64,000 bases of DNA, taken from contig CAVSEI010000011.1 in the NCBI GenBank assembly GCA_963726965.1, positions 441,915 to 505,914 of the forward strand. Reading direction: 5' to 3'. The position numbers were made by a program, and so were the translations under genes. The notes below the pieces were generated by a model, which saw only the letters and a list, made by a program, of their open reading frames with translations, made no database searches and had not been told where the DNA came from. Positions 45,618-55,250 of the stretch are shown piece by piece (the first letter of the stretch is position 1; each line of letters begins with the position of its first letter). The DNA comes from an uncultured Actinomycetes bacterium. GTDB taxonomy: Bacteria; Actinomycetota; Acidimicrobiia; IMCC26256; DASPTH01.

Positions 45618-47340
45618 CTAACGGGCGGTGACGGTCTCGGTGTCGCGTCCGGAACGCAGGAGCACGCCCGGGGTTGCTCCTGTTGCTACTCCGTGCTCGA
45701 CGATGGCGGTGCCACCGACGAGCACGCGTTCGATGCCCTTCGACCCCGCGGTGAGCCGAGCCGAGTCGCCGGGCAGGTCGGCGACCAGCGTGGCATCGCC
45801 GGCGTCGACCGTGTCGGGATCGAACACCACGATGTCGGCGATCGCGCCGTCGCGCAGCACGCCGCGGTCGCGCAGCCCGAACAACGCGGCCGGCGCGCTG
45901 GTGATGAGCTGCACCGCGCGCTCGAGCGACACGAGTTGCCGACCGCGGAGGCAGTCGGCGAGGAATCGGGTCGTATAGGGCGCGCCGCACATGCGGTCGA
46001 GGTGCGCGCCGGCGTCGGACCCGCCGATCAACGCCCGCGGGTCGTTCCACACGTCACGCCGGAGATCCCACGACGAGCCGTCGTCGTCCTGGGGGATGGG
46101 CCACAGGACGGTGCGCAGCTCGTCGGCGATGACGATGTCGAGCAAGGTGCCGAAGTTCGACTGGCCGCGCTCCTGCGCGATCTCGCGCACCATGCGACCC
46201 TTCAACGTCTGGTTCTCGGGCGCGTACACGTCGCCCAGTCGGTAGTCACCGAAGTCGGCGAGGCGGCGGAACACGCCGGCCGCCGGGGACTGCGACTGCT
46301 CGAGCATCTTCAGGCGGGTCTCCGGATCGCGCAGCCGGGCGATGCGTTCGGGCACCGCGACGCTGAGCACGTCGCTCCATCCCGGGATGAGCCAGATCCC
46401 GCAGAAGTTCAGGAAGCTCATGTTCATCGGCACCTGGACCGGCATGGTGAGCGCGACCAGGCGACCACCCAGCTCGTGCGCGCGGTCGCCGGCCGAGAGT
46501 TGGCGGGGGACACGTTCGGGCTCACGGGCGTCGACGGTGAGCACGTTCCAGTTGAGCGGACGGTTCGCCGCCGCGCTCACCTGGCCGAGCAGCTCGATCT
46601 CGTCGTCGGAGAACTGGTCGAGACAACCCTGGACGATGCCTTCGAGTGTCGTACCGGGGTGGGCGCCGGTTTCCTCGCTCATCGCGAGGAGCTCTTCGGG
46701 AGTCGCCCACCGGCTGGCCACCGGTTCGCCGTCGCCGTCGCTGTGCGACGAGGACTGGGTGAACGAGAAGCCGAGCGCACCGGCGTCGAGCGCCCGGCCG
46801 AGCTCGGCCCGCATCTCGGCGATCTGCTCCGGCGTCGCGACCTTTCCGATCGCGTCGGTACCCATGACGTAGCGACGGATGGCGCAGTGCCCGGCGAGGA
46901 ACCCGGCGTTGACCGAGATCGAACCCTCGAACCGGTCGAGGTATTCGGCGAACGTCTCCCACTTCCAGTCGACGCCCTGTTCCAGCGCCGGAAGGGGCAT
47001 GCCCTCGACCCGCGCCATCATGCGGCGGAGGTAGTCGGCATCGCCGTCGCGCAGGGGAGCGAGGGTGAACCCGCAGTTGCCGCCGATCACCGTGGTGACG
47101 CCGTGGACGCTCGACGGGCTCGCGGTCGGGTCCCACAGGAGCTGCGCGTCGTAGTGCGTGTGCGGATCGACGAAACCGGGCGTGACGACCAGCCCGGTGG
47201 CGTCGACGACGTTGGCTGCGGGCTCGTCGATGGCGCCGATGGCCACGATGCGACCGTCGCGCGATTCCGACATCGGCGACGACGCCGGGCGCCCCGGTGC
47301 CGTCGATCACGGTGCCGCCCTTGATGATCTCGTCGAGCAT
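45618..47340 (-). pseudogene. metal-dependent amidohydrolase, N-acyl-D-amino-acid deacylase (D-aminoacylase)-like family; one apparent frameshift near the 5' end
   Basis: ATG 47340 gives MLDEIIKGGTVIDGTGAPGVVADVGI. After a frame change in a (GC)n run near 47257-47264 the gene enters ORF 45618..47273, reading RDGRIVAIGAIDEPAANVVDATGLVVTPGFVDPHTHYDAQLLWDP...TTVIGGNCGFTLAP. Confidence 0.8.
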
Positions 47341-47382
47341 GGCCCCTCGTCCCCGCGGCCGTCCCCACCGCGCCGAAGAAGT

Positions 47383-47397
47383 CTGACGGACCGTCAG
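47383..47397. promoter_or_regulatory. palindromic operator-like site CTGACG-GAC-CGTCAG (site 7 of 7, perfect)
   Basis: The site TCTGACGGACCGTCAGA lies in the 161-bp divergent region between amidohydrolase start 47340 (-) and ALDH start 47502 (+). Confidence 0.6.
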
Positions 47398-47501
47398 ATT
47401 GTAGCCTTGCCGCACTGAAACAGAAGACGAAGCGGTGCCGTTGCCGGAGGCGGGACGGCGCCGCGGAGTCGACCAGTGAAACAGGACCGGGGGACGAGGC
47501 G

Positions 47502-48975
47502 ATGGCCGACTGGCAGGACCACGAGTGGAAGCTTCTGATCGGGGGCGAGTTCGTCGCCGGGGACGCGGGGACCGCGCCGATCGTGAATCCCGCCACCGAG
47601 GAGGTCGTCGGCGAGGCGCCGGAGGCGTCGGTGGCCCAGGCGGTGGAAGCGGCGCGGGCGGCGCAGGAGGCGTTCCCGGCGTGGTCGGCGACGCCGGCTG
47701 ACGAACGCGCAGCATTGCTGCTGAAGGCGGCGAACCGGCTCGGTGAGCTCGGTGCCGACCTCGTGCCGCTGATCATCTCGGAAACCGGGGCCACCGCGAC
47801 CGTCGGTTCGCGCATGCAGGTGCCGGTCGCGCTCGAGCGTTTCCATCGCTACGCGCGCGTGACGCGACGAAGAGCATCGGGATCCCGATGCCGCCCCAGC
47901 CGGTGTCGGCCACACCGCTCGCGCCGGGTGGGCTGATGGGCGCGTACGTCAACCGTCAGCCGGTCGGCGCGGTGGCGTGCATCTCGCCGTACAACTTCCC
48001 GCTCACGAACATGGTGGGCAAGATCGCCCCGCGCTCGCGGTCGGGTGCACCGTGGTGATGAAGCCGGCACCGCAGGACCCCCTCGCGATTCTCGTGCTCG
48101 CCGAGGTCATGCGCGAGGTCGGGTTCCCGCCGGGTGTCGTGAACGTGGTCAGCTCGGCGGCGCCCGATCCCGCCGCCGCGCTCACCGAGAGCCGCGACAT
48201 CGACATGGTGTCGTTCACCGGCTCGACCGCGGTCGGTTCGCGCATCTATCAAGCCGGTGGCGCGACGATGAAACGCATGTTGCTCGAGCTCGGCGGCAAG
48301 GGTGCAGCGCTGGTGCTCGACGATGCTGATCTCGGCGCCGCGGTCACCGCTATCAGCAGCGTGTGGACATTCCACAGCGGCCAGATCTGTACCGCGCCGA
48401 CCCGTGCCATCGTGCACCGCAGCAAGTACGACGAACTGGTCGAGCGCCTTGCCGGTTTCGCCGGCAACGTGAAGGTCGGTGATCCGCTCGACGACGACAC
48501 CATCGTCGGGCCGGTCATCTCGGCCGCACAGCGCGAGCGCATCGAGGGGTACGTCGCCGCCGGCGGTGACGAGGGTGCCGAGATCGTCGTCGACGGCCGT
48601 CGCCCTGCTCACATGGAGCGCGGCTACTACGTCGCGCCGACGCTGCTCGCCGGTTGCAAGCCCGAGATGACGTCGGTGCGTGAAGAGATCTTCGGCCCGG
48701 TGGTCGCGGTGCTGCCGTTCGACGACGACGACGAAGCGGTCGCCATCGCCAACAGCACCGACTTCGGCCTGTACGACTACGTGATGACGAGTGACACCGA
48801 GCGGGGGTTCCGCCTGGCCGGCAAGTTGCGGTCGGGCAACGTCGGCATCAACACCGCGCAGCGCAACATGGAGACGCCCTTCGGTGGGTTCAAGATGAGC
48901 GGCGTCGGTCGCGACGGTGGCGACTTCGGTCTCTACGCCTACACCGAGATGCAGTCGGTGGTGTGGCCCGCATGA
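47502..48975 (+). pseudogene. NAD(P)-dependent aldehyde dehydrogenase, two apparent frameshifts
   Basis: The gene runs through three frames. ORF 47502..47936 gives MADWQDHEWKLLIGGEFVAGD...ALERFHRYAR. A middle frame gives DATKSIGIPMPPQP...VGAVACISPYNFPLTNMVGKIAP. ORF 47977..48975 gives ALAVGCTVVMKPAPQDP...FTGSTAVGSRI...ELGGKGAALVLDDAD...SGQICTAPTRAIV...EEIFGPVVAVLPFDDDDEAVAIANSTDFGL. The frames join near 47853-47860 in a (GC)n run and near 48027-48030 in a C-run. Confidence 0.85.
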
Positions 48976-48986
48976 GCGGAGTGGCC

Positions 48987-49009
48987 GCGAGCCGGGTATC
49001 CCGGCTCGC
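48987..49009 (+). terminator. GC-rich hairpin after the ALDH gene (GCGAGCCGGG-tat-CCCGGCTCGC)
   Basis: A 10-bp perfect stem with a 3-nt loop, 12 nt after stop 48973..48975. No U-tract follows, which makes it the I-shaped terminator type common in high-GC genomes. Confidence 0.4.
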
Positions 49010-49084
49010 AACGGAGCGGGGCCCGAGCGGCCCGGAGCGCAGCGACGAGAGCGGGAACATGAGCATGAGCGAACGAGCAAGCCG

Positions 49085-50302
49085 ATGCTCGACGGTGTCC
49101 GGGTGATCGAGTGCTCGTTGCTCGGCCCGGCCGCGATCACGTCGCACCTCATCGATCTCGGCGCCGAGGTCGTCAAGGTGGAGGCGCCCGCGGGCGACTA
49201 CGTCCGCAAGATGACCTGGCCGTTGATGGACGGCACGTCGCTGCTGCACCTGCACGTCAATCGCGGGAAGCAGTCGGTCGTCCTCAACCTGAAGCAGCCC
49301 GATGCGATCGCGGTGTTCGAGGATCTGGTTCGCCACTCCGACGTCGTCGTCGAGGCCATGCGGCCGGGATTCCTGGCCAAGATGGGCCTCGGGTACGAGC
49401 GGCTGAAGGAGCTGAACCCCAAGATCGTGATGTGCACCATCTCGGGATACGGCGCGACCGGTCCGTACCGAGACCTGCCGAGCCACGGCATTGCGTACGA
49501 CGCGTGGTCCGGCACCATCCAGCCGGTGCTCGACGACGAGGGTTTCACCCACATCCCCGACCAGGCCAACATCGGCATCACCGCCGGTCCCACGTTCGGC
49601 GCGATCGGCATCCTCGCGGCATTGCTTCGCGCGGAGAAGACGGGCGAGGGCGCGTGCATGGAGATCGCGCAGTCCGACAGCTCCGCGTACTTCGACTGGT
49701 ATCGCATCGAGACCTGGAAGGGCTACGACGACTATCCCGACGACGTCGTCACCGGGAACCCCAGCGACGACTACGAGCGGCGACCTCCGGGTCTCGGCGG
49801 CATGTGGGAAGGCGTGCGCTACCAGTACTACGAGTCGTCCGACGGCCACGTTCTCTTCATGGCCTCCGAACAGTCGTTCTGGAAGAACTTCTGTGAGGGT
49901 GTCGACCGCATGGATCTCTTCGAGCGGTGGCCGGGCAAGACGATCGCCGACCACGCACGCGGCAACAAGGAGCTGCAAACCCAGCTGCGCGACATCTTCC
50001 GTACCCGCACCTCGCAGGAGTGGATCGATTTCGCCGACGAGCACAACACGACGATTGCGCCGGCGAACACGGCGCAATCGGTGCGGCACGATCCGCAGTT
50101 CCAGGACCGCTTCAGCTGGGTCTCCTACGAGGACGCGGGCGCAGACATGTTGCTGTTCCCGTTGCACGTCGAGGGTGAAGAGCTCCCGGTCCCGACCAAG
50201 GCGCCCGAGGTCGGCGAGCACACCGAAGCGGTGCTCACGAACGTCCTGGGTTACGACGATGCCAAGGTCGCGGCACTCCGCGACGCCGGCGCGCTCGGGT
50301 AG
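49085..50302 (+). CDS. family III CoA-transferase (CaiB/BaiF)
   Basis: ATG 49085 is in frame in ORF 48917..50302. The sequence reads MLDGVRVIECSLLGPAAITSHLIDLGAEVVKVEAPAGD...GYGATGPYRDLPSHGIAYDAWSG...EVGEHTEAVLTNVLGYDDAKVAALRDAGALG. Confidence 0.85.
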   Translation: MLDGVRVIECSLLGPAAITSHLIDLGAEVVKVEAPAGDYVRKMTWPLMDGTSLLHLHVNRGKQSVVLNLKQPDAIAVFEDLVRHSDVVVEAMRPGFLAKMGLGYERLKELNPKIVMCTISGYGATGPYRDLPSHGIAYDAWSGTIQPVLDDEGFTHIPDQANIGITAGPTFGAIGILAALLRAEKTGEGACMEIAQSDSSAYFDWYRIETWKGYDDYPDDVVTGNPSDDYERRPPGLGGMWEGVRYQYYESSDGHVLFMASEQSFWKNFCEGVDRMDLFERWPGKTIADHARGNKELQTQLRDIFRTRTSQEWIDFADEHNTTIAPANTAQSVRHDPQFQDRFSWVSYEDAGADMLLFPLHVEGEELPVPTKAPEVGEHTEAVLTNVLGYDDAKVAALRDAGALG

Positions 50303-50309
50303 GGGAGAC

Positions 50310-51093
50310 GTGGGAAGGCTCAGCGGCAAGGTGGCCGTCGTCACCGGTGCCGCCCGTGGTCAGGGCGAAGCCGAGGCGCGCATCTTCGTGCGCGAAGGCG
50401 CCAAAGTCGTCCTCACCGACATCCTCGACGACGAGGGCAAGCAGGTGGCCGACGACCTCGGTGCCGACGCACGGTTCGTCCACCACGACGTCAGCCGCGA
50501 GGCGGACTGGGCCGATGTGATGGTTGCGGCCGCGGACTTCGGACCGCTCGCGGTGCTCGTCAACAACGCCGCGGTCCTGTTCTCCAAGCCCATCGTCGAC
50601 ACGACGCTCGATGACTACATGCCGCGTGATCACGACCAACCAGGTCGGGACGTTCCTCGGGATCAAGGCCGCGATCGCCCCGATGATCGCGGCGGGCGGA
50701 GGTTCGATCATCAACGTGTCGTCGATCGACGGCCTCGGTTCCAAGAACAGCCTGATCGCGTACACGGCCTCGAAGTTCGCCATCCGGGGCATGACCAAGA
50801 CCGCGGCCATCGAACTGGGGGTGCACGGCATCCGGGTGAACTCACTCCACCCCGGCGGGGTGAACACCTTCATGACGAACCCCACCGAGGAAGCCGACGA
50901 CGTCGTCGACACCTGGTTCCACAACATCGCCCTCGGCCGGGTCGGACGGCCCGACGAGTTGGCCAACGTGGCCCTCTTCCTCGCGTCGGACGAGAGCTCG
51001 TACTGCACCGGGGCGGAGTTCGTCGTCGACGGGGGTTGGACCTGCGGCGACCTCACCCCTCAGCTCCCCGGCGCTCCTGATTTCACCGCCTGA
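50310..51093 (+). pseudogene. SDR resembling 3-alpha(or 20-beta)-hydroxysteroid dehydrogenase (FabG3-like), one apparent frameshift
   Basis: GTG 50310 follows GGGGAG and gives VGRLSGKVAVVTGAARGQGEAEARIFVREGAKVVLTDILDDEGKQVADDLGADARFVHHDVS...LVNNAAVLFSKPIVDTTLDDYM. The gene continues in ORF 50524..51093 as RVITTNQVGTFLGIKAAIAPM...SIINVSSIDGLGSKNSLIAYTASKFAIRGMTKTAAIELG. The frames join near 50620-50624. The N-terminal block closely parallels mycobacterial FabG3 as I recall it. Confidence 0.8.
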
Positions 51094-51149
51094 GATTTCA
51101 CGGGCCGCTGACACCCGCCATACTGGGACCGACGAAGGAGACCACGGTC

Positions 51150-52355
51150 ATGGACATTCCCCGCATCATCTCGGTCGACGACCACGTCGTCGAACCCCCC
51201 GACCTGTGGACCGAACGGATCCCGGCCAAGTTCCGCGACCGCGCGCCGCGTGTCGAACGCGACTCGGCGATCTTCCACTTCGAGGGCGGAGTGTTCTCGT
51301 TCGAGAAGGGTGTCGAGGGCGGAGAGCCGTGTGACTGGTGGCTCTACGACGACCTCGTGTACCCGTTCCCGAAGCTCTCCGCCGCGGTCGGCTTCCCCGA
51401 GCTCGACGTGACCCCGACGACGTTCGACGAGATCCGCCCGGGCTGCTGGATCAAGTCCGAGCGGCTGCTCGACATGGACGCCAACCACATGGACGCGTCG
51501 ATCTGCTTCCCGAACACGTTGCCGCGGTTCTGTGGCCAGACGTTCCTCGAACGCGACGACAAGGAGCTCGCGCAGCTCTGCGTCGAGGCCTACAACGACT
51601 GGATGATCGACGACTGGTGCGGCGGCGAGGGCAAGGGTCGCCTCATCCCGCTCACCATGGTGCCGCTGTGGGATGTGGAGCTGGCCGCGGCCGAACTGCG
51701 TCGGTGCGCGGATCGCGGGAGCTTCGCGGTGACGTTCCCGGAGAACCCGTACCCGCTCGGTCTCCCGTCGATCCACGACAAGGACCACTACTGGGATCCG
51801 TTCTACCAGGCATGTCAGGACACCGAGACCACGATCTGCATGCACATCGGCTCGAGCTCGAAGATGCCGACCACGTCACCGGACGCACCGTTCATCGTCA
51901 GTTCGACCCTCACCTTCTCGAACGCGATGGGCTCGATGATCGACTACATCTTCTCCGGCACGCTCGAGCGCTTCCCCGACCTCAAGCTCGCCTACTCGGA
52001 GGGTCAGGTCGGGTGGATGCCCTACGTGATGGAGCGGGCGGACAAGTTGGCGGCCGAACGGTCCGCGAACAGCTTCGGGACGTCGTTGCCGCACCCGCCC
52101 TCGAGCTACGTGACCCGGATCTACGGCTGCATCTTCGACGACGAGGTCGGCCTCGCCAACCGCGACGTCATCGGCATGGACCAGATCTGCTTCGAGACCG
52201 ACTACCCGCACGCGGACTCGACCTTCCCCCACTCCAAGAAGGTGGTCGAGGACATCTGCACGCAGGCCGGCCTCGATGAGGACGAACGCTACAAGCTCCT
52301 CCGCGGCAACGCGATCAAGGCCTTCGGCCTGGAGCGGTTCGGCATCACCAGTTAG
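51150..52355 (+). CDS. amidohydrolase_2 family protein
   Basis: Full ORF of 401 aa. The sequence reads IISVDDHVVEPPDLWTERIP...NHMDASICFPNTLPRFCGQTF...CMHIGSSSKMP...FETDYPHADSTFPH. It is a paralog of 39961..41166. Confidence 0.85.
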   Translation: MDIPRIISVDDHVVEPPDLWTERIPAKFRDRAPRVERDSAIFHFEGGVFSFEKGVEGGEPCDWWLYDDLVYPFPKLSAAVGFPELDVTPTTFDEIRPGCWIKSERLLDMDANHMDASICFPNTLPRFCGQTFLERDDKELAQLCVEAYNDWMIDDWCGGEGKGRLIPLTMVPLWDVELAAAELRRCADRGSFAVTFPENPYPLGLPSIHDKDHYWDPFYQACQDTETTICMHIGSSSKMPTTSPDAPFIVSSTLTFSNAMGSMIDYIFSGTLERFPDLKLAYSEGQVGWMPYVMERADKLAAERSANSFGTSLPHPPSSYVTRIYGCIFDDEVGLANRDVIGMDQICFETDYPHADSTFPHSKKVVEDICTQAGLDEDERYKLLRGNAIKAFGLERFGITS

Positions 52356-53096
52356 ATGGACCACACGTTGCTCGTCGACGACGGCGACGGCATCCGCACC
52401 ATCACGTTCAACCGGCCCGAGTCCAAGAACGCGTTGACCGCGGCGATGCGGACGCGTCTGTGCGAGCTCCTGGACGACGCCGATGCCGACGACGACGTTC
52501 GTTCGGTGATCATCACGGCGGTCGACCCGGTGTTCACCGCCGGTGTGGACTTCAAAGAGGCCGGGAGCGGTCCCGCACCGGCGCCGTCGCGCAACCCGGG
52601 GAAGGCGCTGCGGGCGATGAAGAAGCCCGTGCTCTCCGCGGTCAACGGCGCGTGCGTGACCGGGGGGCTCGAGATCGCGTTGAGCTCGACCTTCGTGGTG
52701 GCGTCGGAGCGCGCGCGTTTCGCCGACACCCATGCCCGGCTCGGCGTCGTCGCCGCCTGGGGGCTCACCGCGCTGCTGCCACGAACGGTCGGAGTGCGGA
52801 AGGCGGCCGAGATGTCGATCACCGGCAACTTCGTCGACGCCGACGAGGCGCTGCGCCTCGGCATCGTCAACCATGTCGTCCCGCACCGCGAACTCGGTGC
52901 CTTCAGCCGCGCGCTGGCGCTCGACATCTCGACCACCGGAGCGGTCGCCGAGGTCCTCGACCTCTACCGCCGGGGTGACGGCCTCCCGCTCGCCGATGCG
53001 CTCGCGCTCGAAGCCCAACATCGAACCAACCGCCCGTTCGACGCCGCCGCGTTCGCCGCCGCCGGGCGCGCCACCGCGGCGCGCCAGAAGTCGTGA
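52356..53096 (+). CDS. enoyl-CoA hydratase/isomerase (crotonase) family protein
   Basis: Full ORF of 246 aa, starting 1 nt after the upstream stop. The sequence reads IRTITFNRPESKNALTAAM...DPVFTAGVDFKE...KKPVLSAVNGACVTGGLEIALSSTFVVASERARFADTHARLG. Confidence 0.85.
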   Translation: MDHTLLVDDGDGIRTITFNRPESKNALTAAMRTRLCELLDDADADDDVRSVIITAVDPVFTAGVDFKEAGSGPAPAPSRNPGKALRAMKKPVLSAVNGACVTGGLEIALSSTFVVASERARFADTHARLGVVAAWGLTALLPRTVGVRKAAEMSITGNFVDADEALRLGIVNHVVPHRELGAFSRALALDISTTGAVAEVLDLYRRGDGLPLADALALEAQHRTNRPFDAAAFAAAGRATAARQKS

Positions 53097-53707
53097 GCGA
53101 CGATTCGACCCGCGCCCGCGTCATCGACGCGGCCATCTCCTGCATTCTCGACGAGGGCTTCTACCGGGCCAGCTCGAACAAGATCGCGCGGCGGGCGGGC
53201 GTCACGTGGGGCGTGATCCAGTACCACTTCGGGACCCGCGAAGCGCTCCTGCTCGCGGTGCACGAACACGGGCTCGACGAGCTGGCGAGGTGCTTGTCGG
53301 ACGCGGTCATCACGGGCGAGACGATCGACGAACGACTCGGCTCGTTCGTCGATGCGCTCTGGGCCTACTACCGCCGCCCGGAGTTCCTCGCGTACATGCA
53401 GGTCATGCTGAACCTCAGCCACGACCCGACGACCGCCGAGTCGACGCTCGAGGCGATGCAGTCGGTGCAAGCCATCGTGCTGGAACGAATGCCGTCGTTG
53501 GTCCGCGAAGTGCTCGGTGACGAAGTGACGGCGGAACAGGTCGAGCAGACCGGCCGGTTCGTGTACAACGTCGTGCGCGGACTCGCGCTGGACCAGGAGC
53601 TGATCGAAGCCAGCCCCCTCGATCCGCGCTCGAGTGCGTCAGAGTTCGACGCGCAACGCGCCCGGTTGGTGCGAGTGCTGGCGCGCTCGCTGGAGTCCGA
53701 CCGGTAG
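53093..53707 (+). CDS. TetR/AcrR-family transcriptional regulator
   Basis: Full ORF of 204 aa. The GTG start overlaps the upstream stop (GTGA). The HTH reads RARVIDAAISCILDEGFYRASSNKIARRAGVTWGVIQYHFGTREALLLAV. Confidence 0.85.
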   Translation: MSDDSTRARVIDAAISCILDEGFYRASSNKIARRAGVTWGVIQYHFGTREALLLAVHEHGLDELARCLSDAVITGETIDERLGSFVDALWAYYRRPEFLAYMQVMLNLSHDPTTAESTLEAMQSVQAIVLERMPSLVREVLGDEVTAEQVEQTGRFVYNVVRGLALDQELIEASPLDPRSSASEFDAQRARLVRVLARSLESDR

Positions 53708-53720
53708 TACCCCTGTCACC

Positions 53721-54131
53721 TCAGGTGCTGACCCGACGCGAGCTGCATGCACCCGCTGCGAGCGCGAGGCACAGCGGTGAATACACGCGTCGGTCGAGGC
53801 GACGGAAGCGGACCGACGTGCTCCCTGGCGACGCCAGATCGGTGTGACCAGTGAACCCGAGCACGGCGCGAGCCGCGAGCACCGCGGCGACCCCCGTGAC
53901 GCCGACGCGTTGGATCGAGCGAGGGAGACGCGGTCGGTCGACGACCAGTGCAGTCGCAAGGGTGAGCGCGCCGGCGACCGCGAAGCACGCCGCAGGTGAC
54001 GGCACGGTTGAGCGCCCGACCACGGCGTCGGCGAGGTCGTCGCGATCCGAGAACGGGAACGGCGAACCGCGACCCCACAGCAGGTGGAGGACGGCGAGCG
54101 AGCCCAGGATCGCCGCGGTGGCGCGCCGCAC
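53721..54131 (-). CDS. hypothetical membrane protein (DUF3995-like)
   Basis: Full ORF of 136 aa with four hydrophobic segments. The N-terminal ILGSLAVLHLLWGRGSPFPF motif is typical of the DUF3995 family as I recall it. Confidence 0.55.
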   Translation of the reverse strand: MRRATAAILGSLAVLHLLWGRGSPFPFSDRDDLADAVVGRSTVPSPAACFAVAGALTLATALVVDRPRLPRSIQRVGVTGVAAVLAARAVLGFTGHTDLASPGSTSVRFRRLDRRVYSPLCLALAAGACSSRRVST

Positions 54132-54135
54132 CTGA

Positions 54136-55231
54136 CTACGCGGGGACGGGATCGGGGAGCGCGGCGAGCTGGTCGAGATCGAAGCCGAAGACCTTGGCCG
54201 CGTTGCCCGCCACGATGGCGTGCAGATCGGCTTCGCTGACGCCGTCGAACTGGTCCGCGCACACCGCTTGCGAGTTCGGCCACGTCCCTTCGGGATGGGG
54301 GTAGTCGTTCCCCCACATCAGGGTCTCGACCCCGGTCGTGGCGCGGTTGTTGATCGCGACCGGGTCGTACATGAACGTGGCGTGCACCCTGGCGGCGGAT
54401 CAGCTCGCTCGGCAGCATCGACAGCTTCGGCTTCGCCCACATGTGGTGGTCCTCGTAGATCGCGTCGGCCTGGGTCATGATCCACGCGAGCCACGATGCG
54501 CCCGTCTCCACGGTGACGACCTTCAACTCGGGGAAGCGGTCGAGCGCGCCACCGGCGGCGAGACCGAGGAGCACCATGGGCCCATCGAGCTGTGAACCCA
54601 TGAGGTAGTTGATGACCGCGCCGCCGGGGCCGCGTACGACCCGCGGTTCGTGGCCGGTGCCGGAATGGAACGTCAGCGGGAGGCCGAGGTCCTGCGCGGT
54701 GGCCCAGAACGGGTCGTAGGCCCCGTCGTTGTAGCCCCGCGACGGCACCTGGGCCGGGAGGAACAGCGCACGGAAGCCCTGGTCGGCGACGACCTTGGCG
54801 TCCTCGACCGCGCCTTCGACGTCGAGCATGGACACCATGCCGACGGGCAGGAGGCGATGGTCGTCGAACACGTCGGCGGCCCAACTGTTGTACGCCCGGC
54901 AGAGCTGACGTTGGAACTCGGCGTCGTCGCTGGCGAAGCAGGCCTGCAACGCGAAGGTCGGGAAGATCACTTCCGCGCTCACGCCGTCGCGTCGTTGGTC
55001 GCGGAGGCGATCGTCGGCGTCGAAATCGCCGACCACCGCGACCTCGCGCTCCGAGACCGGCATCAACTTGCGCGGGCCGAGACCTTCGATGAGCAGCGTG
55101 CGCCATTCACCGATGGTCTCGATACGCGGGACCCGCCCGCGGAACGCGGCGTCGATCCGGTCTTCGTACAACTCGATCGGCTCGGTGACGTGAGAATCGG
55201 TCGAGATGAAGATCGCGTCGCGGTAGGTCAT
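54136..55231 (-). pseudogene. amidohydrolase_2 family protein, one apparent frameshift
   Basis: ATG 55231 in ORF 53639..55306 gives MTYRDAIFISTDSHVTEPIELYEDRI...DGVSAEVIFPT...LTFHSGTGHEP...PSELIRRQ. The gene continues in ORF 54136..54387 as VHATFMYDPVAINNRATTGVETLMWGNDYPHPEGTWPNS. The frames join near 54387-54391. Confidence 0.8.
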
Positions 55232-55250
55232 ACCGACAACAGTACGAGGG

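Noticed and set aside
43022-45631. An 869-aa plus-strand ORF. Similar long ORFs occur at 45411..47324 (+), 26934..28844 (-), 4810..7116 (-), 39925..41397 (-) and 12543..14174 (-).
   Set aside because: Each is antisense to, or out of frame with, a gene showing clear family motifs and strong GC3 bias. Their translations are Arg/Asp/His/Gly-rich without recognisable domains.
47416-47484. A direct repeat of TGAAACAG (47416..47423 and 47477..47484), plus an imperfect hairpin (CGGTGCCGT...ACGGCGCCG) in the 161-bp leader of the second ALDH. I considered a riboswitch or a second operator.
   Set aside because: There are only two short copies, no match to any riboswitch class I recognise, and a stem with a mismatch. 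The evidence is not enough to call a feature without covariation or conservation data.
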